In this document: in pieces, positions 46,401 through 58,633 of the stretch
Layout of the letters: every line of letters begins with the position of its first letter
Numbering within the stretch: position 1 is the first letter of the stretch
DNA from: Azolla caroliniana
Lineage: Eukaryota; Plantae; Polypodiophyta
Assembly (NCBI GenBank): GCA_043228905.1
Contig: JBHGNT010000013.1
Coordinates: forward strand, 17,794,001-17,858,000
Length of the DNA: 64,000 bases
Direction: 5' to 3'
Translations under genes and position numbers: made by a program
The notes under the pieces: model-generated
Database searches by the model: none
The model's input: the letters and a program-made list of their open reading frames with translations, nothing else
What the model was told of the DNA's origin: nothing

Positions 46401-47720
46401 TCCGATCACATTTGACTATTTGCACATCTTCAACCGAACCCAATCCTTACACGAACTTCTCACACAATCATATCATGCAGTCTCGACTCTGACATTCATC
46501 CATAAAGTTCTCAAGCATCAAGAGTCGTAAAGCACTTTACAAGTATTTTGTGAAAATGTTATATTTTTGTTCTCATGAATCATCTTTGACCTCCAAAGAC
46601 GATAATTAAATCTCTCTCCCCAAATTACCTTAGTGGAAACTCTCACGGTTTTGTGACCAATCATACCATGTACAACCATATTAGAATTTACATAAGCAAA
46701 TAGCCATCACCTTTACCCAATATGTCATAATTACTATTAAAGTTCATTCCTTGCAAATTTGGGTACATAAAGTTCTCATAGTAGGTAAGGGTTACTACTT
46801 TGTCATGTAAGGGCTACTGCTTTGTAATAGTAGCTAATCTAGGCATCATGTTAAACATAGGTCGTGAATGGACCATTGATCCAATAAGAGCACAAGTTGA
46901 ATCGATCACTAATATCAAACATAAGCTTTCCATGGGGAGCAAGATGCCCACATACCATAGTGATCACTAGAAAAGTACCCTCCAGCAATTAACTTAGACC
47001 ACAAAAAGCCAATGTGGATCAATCAAATTGTCTTTCTAGCTCAATGAACTTGAGGTCTTTTAATGTCCAAATTCCAAACATTATGTTAGGGGCTAACATA
47101 AAATTGCATACAATTACACACTTTCAGCTATTATCTCCTTGCAATAATAGCAACCAAGCACATGTAACAACTACCATTGCCTTGTACAACATAATAGGAA
47201 ATGGACCTTTAGCCATCATTAGACAGGCAGAACTACATGCATCTACAAGTTAGTTACTATCCATCATTGATTTCCATATTCGCTAATACCAGAATGATAT
47301 GAATACAATCAGTTTATAAAGATGAGCATACACACGAAATTATTCTTAAAAGCTAATTGCATGCAAAATTGGACCACAGTGGAACTTTTTGAATCCATAA
47401 TCCAAAATGTGGCATATGCCAAGATTTCAGACACATCCATTAGAAATGTGTGATTTTAAATATGTTTCAAAGAAACATGCAGATGTCATGGAAGAGAAAA
47501 TTACAATGCCAGGCTTGGAGATTATTGCCATAGTTCTTGGTTAAACATGAAAAACAAAGGCAATCTAATCTTCAATAACAAAAAGTAATTATACACATCT
47601 ATCAGTTCAGCCGGCCATTACAAACCCAAACAATCATATCATTTTTTTTGCGAGTGAATACACTTCGCACTTTTCCAGGTCAAAAGTACACCATTTATCA
47701 TTCACTTTTTCCTGCAAATA

Positions 47721-47951
<231 letters not shown>

Positions 47952-50067
47952 CTACATAGAAGCAAATTATCATTTTTCAGGATTATTTTTTTAACATCGC
48001 AATTTAGAACATAATTTAAATTATTGTAAAATGACATCCACTAGACACCATTTTCCTTTACCTCATTCGATATAAAACCAAAACAATATTTAGAAAGCAA
48101 TAAGTGAAGCTACAACCACCTTTTATAGTCTCACTGAATCCAAAAGTAGAACATAAACTGAATATGTTGTAATTGATACAAAACCAGCTAATAAACGATG
48201 CCCTGACTGCCCTAGATAAATTTAAATGATAAACAAAGGGCTTTGAACTTCTTTTTTCAAAGAATCAAAAAAGAAGTTTAATACCCACCCCTTTCTAATC
48301 TCATTCATTGCATACAACACTAGAATCAGTAAATGATGCCATAACCACATTTTTTTCTTTTATATGAAGATATTAAACCAGAAAATAATCTTCAAAGGTA
48401 GTAAATAATATGCTATAACCATGGTTTTTTAAAACTAGAACATAATATCAAAAGGTAATCAATGATGTTGTTGCCATCCCCTCCCTAGATACAAAACTAG
48501 AATATAAATCTTGTAACGTGGCAAAAGATACTAAATTCGCCCTTACATAAACCTCAGGAATCAAAGGTCTTTGGTTTTTTCTTAACCTAAGTTCAATTGA
48601 TTCAAATACTGAGAAGGCAAAAAAAAAAACAAGAATAGCTCCAACAGGCAAGAGTCACATCCCACTACATTTTAATAGCTTTATGTTTAACTTTTGGAAC
48701 CTATTAAAACAGTGTCTTGCATCTGTTTTCATGATCGGCTTGCATGCCTAACTTTCATATAAATGTTTTGGATCAGTTTTCACTTTGACCTCTACAAGGG
48801 ACGAAAGCTGAAAGTTCAGGTGGCATTGCTACAATGTGATTGCCTTCCAATAATGTGATGTGCCTACTCATAATCAATCTTACTCCCTGCTTTAACGAAT
48901 TCCTAAAGGGTAAAAGGGACCAACAGCATAGAGGGGGCTAAAGATACAAGATATAGTGTGACTCTGGGATTCTCAGCACCTGCATTCAAGTTTCTGCAAC
49001 TACTAAGAATGCCACGTTGTAGGGAGACTTGTGTTCTCCCTCTCCATCAGGTTGTCAACACATATGATTGAATTGAATCAAGTGGAACTATAATGTGGCC
49101 AGAAGTGAAATCATCATCAATGAGGGTTCAAGAATTCACACAGATAAGGACTTCAAGACCCCCTGTTGAGGGCTTCGCAGCTACCACTCCTTCAGCTCTC
49201 CCTCTTTCTTTTTCAAAAATCTGGAAACATCATCTTTTATTTACACCACTCACATCAAGAAGAGTGATTTTTAATTATGTTCGCAACACATGGCTCGTGA
49301 CAAAAACAGAGTATGCAAGCCAAAAAACAACCAGGTTTTGTCGAAGAAACATACAAAAGACCAAGCTCTTGATCAGGTTCTGAACACAGTATCATAACAA
49401 GACCATTGTTACAAGAGCCAAAATACAGTAAACATTGTGTTAGGAAAAAGCTGAAACACACAACTAAATCATAGCTTAACACATATCTTCATAGAAGATT
49501 AAGATAAACTTGACACATAATTATGCATACTAAAACAATTGCACACTTAACAAGCACATCCACATTTCTCATAACACAGTAAAATATGCTCACAACACAA
49601 ATATCAGATGGACGGATATAATCATCACAAAAAAATATATTTTGTTTTATGCGTATACTTTTTAAGCTATATGCTTAGCCAATATCATCATAAAACAAAA
49701 TATATGCTTAACATCTATGCTCATAACACATATCCTACATAAGACAATAAAATATGGTTCCCACAATAATCTAAACCACGAAAATGCGCAACCAGATATA
49801 TGCTAGATTAACATGCTGATACCTCAATAAAAAATTCTTAATACATATGCTGATAATACAATCAAGTATGCTTGACAAATATGCTTATAGGACGATCAAG
49901 TATGCATAACGAAAACGTTGATAAGAAATATATATATATTATATATAAAGATAGATAGATAGATGTTTAGCAGATAACCTCATTACACAAAAATATATGC
50001 TTTGTAATAATATCTTCGGAGTAAGCTTAAGCCATATGTTTAAATGAATAAAAAATGCAAATGCTTA

Positions 50068-50364
<297 letters not shown>

Positions 50365-50453
50365 CTAAGTTTCAAATTCTGGAGAAGTCAAAAGGCAAAA
50401 ACAGAAACCCTAATTCTCTACTGGAACAAAACCCTCACTCGCAGGAGAAGGAA

Positions 50454-50471
50454 GGGGGGGGGGGGGGGGGG
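50454..50471. repeat. G18 homopolymer upstream of the E2 ATG
   Basis: Seen directly; flanked by AAACCCTA telobox-like motifs. Confidence 0.85.
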
Positions 50472-50530
50472 ACCAAGGAACTCTCGGTGCTGGCTATGAG
50501 AGGCCAGCAAGAAACCCTAACCCTAATCCT

Positions 50531-51291
50531 GACACTGACACTGAGCCCAATTTACAAGAAACGTAACCCTAATTGTTTGGCAGGACCCCAGAGTAAAACA
50601 AACCCTAAACAAGAAAACAGAGCACAATTTTGTTTGTACTTATTAATAATTTGCTTTTGATTTTTAAAACTTAATTAATAAGAGTTTATATATATACGTA
50701 TAATGTATGTATGTATGTATGTATGTATGGTATGTTTGTACATAGCATAAATAAATTATTTTGATTTTTAAAACCTAATTAATATACGTAAATTTTAAAC
50801 TTTATCAATCACATACATATATTATATATATATGCACATATGATTTTTAAAACTTATAATTTATAAACAAGAAAACAGAGCACAATTTTTTATTTTGCTT
50901 TTATTGATATTAATATGCTTTTGATTTTTAAAACTTAATTAATAAGAGTTATATATATAATGATATATATAGTATAAATAAATGCTTTTGATTATAACTT
51001 AATTTATAAAAAGTCATATGTATATATTTAAACATATGTGATGAATAAACTCTAAGAATCATATATGTATATGTATTAGTTTTAAGAATCAAAAGCATTT
51101 ACTTTTATAATATAGACAAATCATATATATTAGTTTTAAAAATCAAAGGCATTTAATTAAGTTTTAAAAAATCAAAAGCATACCATTAATCAATATGACA
51201 AAAAAGCAATTCTGTTCTGTTTTCTTGTTAAGGGTCATGCCAAACAATTAGGGTTAAGTTTTGTTGCAAATTGGGCTGAGGATCAGCGTTA
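50531..51291. repeat. Large imperfect inverted repeat (foldback) in the E2 upstream region
   Basis: AGCCCAATTT..AACCCTAATTGTTTGGCA..AACAAGAAAACAG..TGCTTTTGATTTTTAAAACTTAATTAA at 50544-50680 is mirrored at about 51150-51278; internal direct duplication 50607-50695 vs 50866-50958. Confidence 0.75.
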
Positions 51292-52379
51292 ATGATACAT
51301 ATACATATAATCATTCAAACGAATTTATATGTATGTATATTACAAAATCTAAACACAATATGCAAAATCTTGAATAATCTATCCACATGAACAAAATGTC
51401 GTCGAGTTTACATGAGTCTGGAAATGAGCTCGAGTTTCTCCTAATTTGCCCCGGCCGGCAACTGCCCGTTCGGACTAATAGACGCGGTTGATTAATCCCC
51501 CCTCTTTTCTCAATCATGTGGACAACTTGCGCATTGCATTTATGTTGTCAATGCGTGCATATACCTTTTCACTCCATCTCTATGGCTCACTCATCACCCC
51601 CTTTTTCTCGATCACATCTTCCACTTGAACAACTATATGGTCAACATTTGCTAATGTTTAGACATGTAGATGACCTTTATCATAGATTGTTTGCCAGCTC
51701 AATGGTGCACGCGTATAGTACACATGTTGACTATATATGAGTACTTTACCCCTGATACTCTATCATCTATCGATCTAAGATCTTAGAAAGGCCATTTAAG
51801 TGTGCACATACCCTTGGACCGTGTTGTTTTGTCATTCACATTAGCAGCCATGGAAATGGATGCCCACACATACCTAAATTTAAATACCCACGATATGATT
51901 TTGTGGCAGAGATTACACACGTACATATACAATATTATGTTGCATGATGAATTGAGGGAAATACAAATATTAACATGTTTGTCACTCAAAGAACTGGTTA
52001 TACTACGTATTGACGTAAGCAATACACAACAATACAACATATGGTTTCCTCCAAAAAATAACATGCATCATGCCACAAATATGTACATTTCTTCAAATCC
52101 ATTGATATGGAGATGAATGTAGGAAAACAACTAGTAAACATGAAAGGAATCCAACGTGGGGCTTTTATTTGAAAATAAAAATGAACACTCCTTCAATCAC
52201 TAGTTTGGGAGACGAAAAGAGAGAGGATCTAGTCAAATCTAAGTAGAAAATTAATGAGTTTTTCCTGTGATAACGTAGCATGGGAATCTAGGACCATGCA
52301 AATGGTGTTGCGTGTCAATGCACCAATCAATACATGCCAATGAACCAAGGCTTTTGTATATACATGGCCATAAATTATA

Positions 52380-52692
52380 GGGAAAAGTACTAGGATACCC
52401 CTAGAAGTTCGTCTATTTACCAGAATGCCCTTGGAAGTTCCAAATTTACCAAACTACCCCTATATCCAAAAAATTACACTTTATAAAGTAATTATACACT
52501 CAAATCTACAAGCCCTATTTACCAAAGATGGAAGAAATGGACCCGAGCTACCCTTATTTACCAAATATTTGAGTGTATAATTACTTTATAAAGTGTAATT
52601 TTTTGGACATAGGGGTAGTTTGGTAAATTTGGAACTTCCAGACGCATTCTAGTAAATAGACGAACTTCCAGGGGTATCCTAGTACTTTTCCC
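52380..52692. mobile_element. Mutator-like MITE
   Basis: About 126-bp near-perfect TIRs starting GGGAAAAGTACTAGGATACCCC; 9-bp TSD TAAATTATA/TTAATTATA. Confidence 0.9.
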
Positions 52693-52701
52693 TTAATTAT
52701 A

Positions 52702-53030
52702 TGACGTTGCCAATCAAACAAGCTAACCAAAAATTTGAATTTTGACCATTGCATTGCAAAAGAAGGTAAAACATGTCATATTGTATTAAAGGGTGGAATA
52801 ACGAAAAGTCATGACAGCTTTGTAGTAGATTATTTCACCAATGCGTACAATATTTTGACACTCTTGTTTGCTCAAAGCTTTAATAGTGGAATGTGTGAGG
52901 GTTTCCTAACCACTTGGGCATGTCATACCATTGTCCTAATTTATTAAAGCAAAGACCCAATGGTCTATGGTAACTATAGGACCATCATTATTGGGACACT
53001 TTGGCCAAAATATATATACTTATATTGCAA
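52702..53030 (+). mobile_element. RTE-like LINE RT fragment
   Basis: GNYRTIIIG.TLAKIY-like motif at about 52969-53015, preceded by a W...IV.IY.-like segment. Confidence 0.45.
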
Positions 53031-53169
53031 CATTAGTTGAGTGAATGGATTAATGAATAAGGAGCTAGATCCTCGTGACAAATTAGATTTAGAAAAGGTG
53101 CATTAGTATAGACCATATCTTTATACGATGACCATTTGTAAAGAAAGATATTGCACAAAAGATTATGCG

Positions 53170-53172
53170 CAC

Positions 53173-53231
<59 letters not shown>
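53170..53231. repeat. (CA)n microsatellite
   Basis: Seen directly. Confidence 0.9.
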
Positions 53232-53234
<3 letters not shown>

Positions 53235-56200
53235 GTCTAGACTCTATTCTAAATGTTTGGCATTTACATAATTGGCCTCAAACTATAATGGAAGAGTAGA
53301 GTGGGACAATCTTATCGATCAATGTGTCACATACCAAATATTCTTAATGTAAACAAGAAGCAATTCACCCTCTGATTTGTTAAGTATCTCTCATCCAAGG
53401 CACAAGTTATGAGACATCGACAGTAATAATGTAAATGAAGCTCAAGAAGACACTAGGAAAAGGGGGATACAATAAATGTCACTAAAATGCTTATAGCCAA
53501 ATGACTATCGTGGTGTGAAAGTAACTCAACTTCATTGTAAATAGCTATAAAAGTCACCATTTATTGAATTTTAGTTCTTCTTCTTTCTTGGGTCTCTTCT
53601 TTCACTTGGTGTAATAGGGCTCTCACTCTCTCCCTTAATCTTTCATTAGATCTTAAGAGTGATTAAGGTGAAGAGCTAATTAGCAAACCACTAATCACCC
53701 TAATTCTTGTATGTGTGTCAAACGCTCTTGAATAATAAGAAGTTGTGTGTTATTTATCTCTTTGGAGAGCAACCGTAAGTGCTACAACCTAAGGTTATCG
53801 AAGCTAGACGCTCAAGTGGGACCAACAACCACTCTCACCCGGTTCACAACCAATAGGGTAAAAGATGGTCTGCATCCTTGGCCCAATGCTAATGACAGGA
53901 GGAAAAACTCCATCATTAATAGATATGTTTCAATGTCGTGCACATGGAAACCACATATAAATGTGGTCGATGGAATGGGTGGTTGAGGAGTTAAATTCAT
54001 TTCGTGCCTATTGGTATTAGGATTAGTAATCATAACATGACGTGCAATCTAAGCATAAATCTCCTTTCTATCATCCCAAAGTTTTAATTGGTGTCACATG
54101 CTCTAGAATATTTTCTATGATTCTTACATATGTGTATGTCATACTTGAGAGCCAAATAAAACTTAAATGAACTACAATTAGAGGGAGACATTACCTCAGT
54201 CAATCACCTATGTCTACGAAAACAAGGAGTAGTTGGTTATAGTAAGAGCAATCATTATACATAACTAGAGCAAAATGTTCCTAATTATATAGCAATAGAG
54301 ATATATGGATGAATGGATCTATAGATAGATATATTTTTCATGCACAAAAGACCGATTGCAATCTATGATAGCCACGACCCATGGTGAGGATTGAACTTTG
54401 GTTCTCTCGATCACCTAACAATGTCTAATTCCAAAGCAGATATTAGTCCATTGTAGTGGAAGAAATTGAGAATTGGCTCCCTATCAATGCTCATCAACCA
54501 CCCAATTACTATTCCTCATTAGCTAAGGGTTTGGTGTCCCTTAGGCCACAATGGCAAGCCCTAGCACATCCATCTAACTCAATAGCCTTGGGCCCTCTCC
54601 TTAATTTTTCTTTCTATGTAATCAAATGATAGTTGACACTTCAAAACAACATTGTCTTATAACTACAACCAATATGCACAAATGACAAGAGTTGAACGAG
54701 ATTTGAATAGAGTTAATAATGGTTAAGAGGATTATGAGTGCATGGAAAAGTGGACTAGATGACGTCAACAAGTTTGAATGGAACCACCAATGGGTAAAAG
54801 TCACGACCATCAACATTATTATAGGACAATATCAATTAAATAGATTGTAAGATTATGGAAGTTGAAAATGGTCGCCTTTTGGATTCATAAGCGTGTTATG
54901 AACAACTAGCTCGAAGTCAGTACAAAGTTGAATGAATCTAAAGGACCTGATTGTTGTGATCGTTCCTTTGCAATGGATGAGTTAGCATAAAAGCAAAAAT
55001 GTATGTGCCATGTATGACATTGTGACATGTGTAACGAATTTGATGATGCCAACTTCCAACCATAATTGATTCAACGTTGATATCAATTCATCACATTCCA
55101 AGATGGTGAATGCTTGAACAATCGATATGAGATGTAGAATGGAAATAATTAGTTAGATGCATATCAAATGGTGGAAGTGGAGAATTTATTAGAGATCATC
55201 ACTTGAATAAAACACATAACCAAGGTTCGGTTGGTGAAGTTTGGAGAGGAGTTGGGGTGGAGGTGTGGCTATGTACAATCCCCAAAGTGTCTAAGCATGG
55301 TCACAACATTGACCACTCAAGTACTAAATCCTACACTTTTTTAGGAGTTGTAAATGGGGAGTAAGAACAAATGGAATAAGGATCTTGTCTTCTTTATTAG
55401 CTAGGATATGTGGCAAGGAAAAATGTTTAGAGTGACTAGGAGAAACTTGGCTCTTGGATAGATGTCAACGCGAGTCTACACATGATCAGTCAATGGGAGG
55501 TCCATTTAGAAATTTCTAAAAGATCACTTTGCCTAATTATCCCACATACATTGATGTAGAATGAAGTGGTTCCATATGGAATGTTCTAGGATATCCTTTT
55601 GCCTAATTAACTTGCATGCTTTAGCATGAAAGAGGTAGTTCTCCACATTATATAAGGAAGCTTTTAGACATTGATCCAACATTCCACTTCAATGCTTATT
55701 GTGAATATCTCTTGAGCGTACTCTATTTTTGTTTTGCCTAAATAACATGGTACATATCATTTCTTCAATATTCTAAAATTTCCTTGGATTTGCATCTAGG
55801 TTTCCTCCATGCTTTACCTGGTCAACTTATGGTTAAAAATATCCATTTCCAAAAGATACTCTTATATCAACTTCCTAGAATTGTATGAGAACAAGTGAAA
55901 ACCTTCAAAAGACTCGCATACACATGTTATAATACACCATTTTCTTTGAATGAGAGGACCATTATCCCATGCACATGCTATGACCCATATCTAATATCCA
56001 CAACTTATATTTATTCCCTTTTATGTGATACAAGGCATTGGGTCACAATCAAGGAGACTAATTTGCTATATCATGTTTTGCCCCCATATGTTTGCAAGTG
56101 AGAGTATCAAATTTCAGTGCAATCCTCCTTCATTTATCCAATGATGTTTTGAAGAGAACAACCTTCTTGTGCAATTATCACATAGAACCATTGTTTAGGC

Positions 56201-57035
56201 ATGTTGACATTTATTACAAGGGAGGTTGGAGATTAAATTAATATGAATATTTTTTGATATTTTAGATTCTAGAAATTGTTTTTCTAAATGGCCTTTATCA
56301 TAATCAACTTTGTGTCCCATATTTTCAACCATGACCTATTTCTACACATATTTCTCTATTGCAGTTGCAACATTCATTTGTAAAACTCTTGAAAATTGAA
56401 TCATTTACCAAATTCATACACCACATAAAATGTTATGTTTTGGTTCTCAGATAATTACATTGAAAACTGTATATTCTCGCAAATATTGGCCCCAATTCAA
56501 GAAAAAAATGTCAGAATGTATCAAATTGCATCTCACTACAAATTTGGCATCATCATAGATGATAAGATATCGATCTATTATATTGTCACTTGGAATGTTG
56601 GATGTAAGCTACAAATGAATCACACGACCAAAATTCTCTCATCTAGTTGGGTAGTTGACATCAAAAAGATGGGATGTTGAATATCCACTAGAGCGTTCAA
56701 GTGATGTTATGAAATATGTACTTATCAAGGAAAGGTAAATGGAATCACTAAGGAAGAGGTAGGAAGATGCTAAAAGAAAAAAATTAGAATATTATTTTGC
56801 AAACACTAACCCTAAATGTTGGATTCAATGTAGGGCAAGAAGACCTATTGATGGTATATCAACCTTGTATTATTACTAACATGACTATTAACTATAATTG
56901 TAGGGCCTTGAAAACTCATGCACACTTAATCACCCAAACTAGGTATCATGCATCAAAATGCATCAGATATAAAGACATGTAAGGTATGCAAGGAAGGCCT
57001 AATAGAGGCTGAGTATCACTTGCTTTGCATATAAT

Positions 57036-57458
57036 TAACAATTGACAATAGTTCGGTTCGAGAGTGTCAAAACCGAGCCAATTTGAAATAGAACCATTTT
57101 AAAATTTTGAAACCTGAAACGAACACCAAACCGTTAGGTAAGAATCAAACCATTAAAATTGCCGGTTTCGATTTTCAACTTAAGTCAAAATTCAAATTTA
57201 AATTTGAAAATTTGAAACATTATTTCAAAATTTAATTTTTCAAAATTTTAAAGATTTTTCCTAAAAGGTGAGAATTAGGCTTAAAAATGAAAAGGTTGTT
57301 TAAAAATAAAATAAAAATATTTAAAGATATTTAACATCAAACCGTTAAAACTGAAACCGAACCGTAAAAAAAAAAGCTTGAACATGAACCAAATTGTTTC
57401 AACCATTAAGTTGCGGTTCGGTTCGGTTCGGTTCAAACAGAATTGTTGGCGATTGTTA
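57036..57458. mobile_element. hAT-type MITE
   Basis: Perfect 8-bp TSD CATATAAT (57028-57035, 57459-57466); TAACAAT..ATTGTTA TIRs; AACCG/CGGTT subterminal motifs. Confidence 0.8.
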
Positions 57459-57729
57459 CATATAATGCAAATTGTGGAAGCTATGTGTCACAAAATTTAA
57501 ATATCAAGATTCAAACTTCTAGCTTTTAACCAAGAGTCTTACACTCTAACCGTTACACCCACTTATTTTAATTCAAATATTTTTTCATATTAGTATTATT
57601 TAGAGTTATCTGGCTGAACACAATGGATGACCGCCAAGTGGCACACATCATGTATGCCTAATGGCGATCATATGTGATCCTATATATGATATAGAAGTAA
57701 AAGATCTACTTAATGTTGAACCATTCCAA

Positions 57730-58070
57730 AAGTCTAAAACAATCCTAGCGTCAAGGATTGTCTAGAACAACTCAAAAAATTTCAAGCCAAGCTTTTTGAT
57801 CATTTGCTTCATGCTCAAGGAAAGTACAAGAAGGTTGCAAATAGACATCACTTAGATCAAGGATGTCTATTATGTGTATAAAGTTGGTGATCTTGTACGA
57901 CAATTACATCGGAATGTGAAAACTACTAGATCCTATGACAAATTGAATTTCCAACGTTTAAGTCTAATTGTAATCTCTAATCAAGTCAACAATATAACAT
58001 TTCGTTTGGACTTGCCTTCACATATGCATCTTCATCCAATATTTCACGTTTCATTGTAAGAGCCATGGAC
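57730..58070 (+). pseudogene. Decayed chromovirus-type gypsy integrase C-terminal fragment
   Basis: YKVGDLV...KL...FRLDLPSHMHLHPIFHVSL, the post-integrase GPF/Y region motif. Confidence 0.65.
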
Positions 58071-58535
58071 ATCAAGTGTTACCCGTTCCTTTGGGTGAAC
58101 ACCTTCAATAGATCTGCGACTATCGGTATTCAAGGGCGTGGTACGTGAAGGCTCGTAACAGAGGCGTCGAGAGAGAGATAGTGCTCAGAGAGAAAACACT
58201 AACGAGATCTTGGCAGACGTGGGCGGCGCTCAAATCATAGGTATGAATCAAAGCATAGACACATGGAGCAAACTGGGCACAATTCATATATATTACTGCG
58301 ATAGAAAAGATTACAGAACACGGCCTACGACCGGTGACCTTACAAGATTATCTAGTTACGAGGGACTCAGCTAGTGCTTCCGCCTATATTTTTCTTCTCT
58401 CCCTGCTCTTTGAGGTACTAGTCCTTGTTTAAATAACTTTTCCCCTAATACATAGCCGAGCCATCGGTGGCCCGTGATACTCGGACTCGGCGTTTGCTAA
58501 TTTCCTAATTTTACATTTCTGTCCTCTGGACAACA

Positions 58536-58570
58536 CCTAGCACGCCTGTGGGACAGGACCTTGTCCGTCG
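58536..58570 (-). promoter_or_regulatory. Conserved tRNA-3'-end-like block in the PPT position (second copy)
   Basis: Sense sequence CGACGGACAAGGTCCTGTCCCACAGGCGTGCTAGG abuts the LTR; no purine tract. Confidence 0.7.
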
Positions 58571-58633
58571 GACCCACGACTTACAAAATACTAACAATAT
58601 TACAAAAATGTCCTTTTAGGCGTGATCCTCGTT

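Noticed and set aside
53325-53720. Possible additional solo LTR (TGTCACATAC..GTGTGTCA, TATA at about 53546)
   Set aside because: No convincing TSD or second copy in the window.
54600-56700. Possible LINE or DNA-transposon remnants
   Set aside because: Too degenerate to assign boundaries or family by eye.
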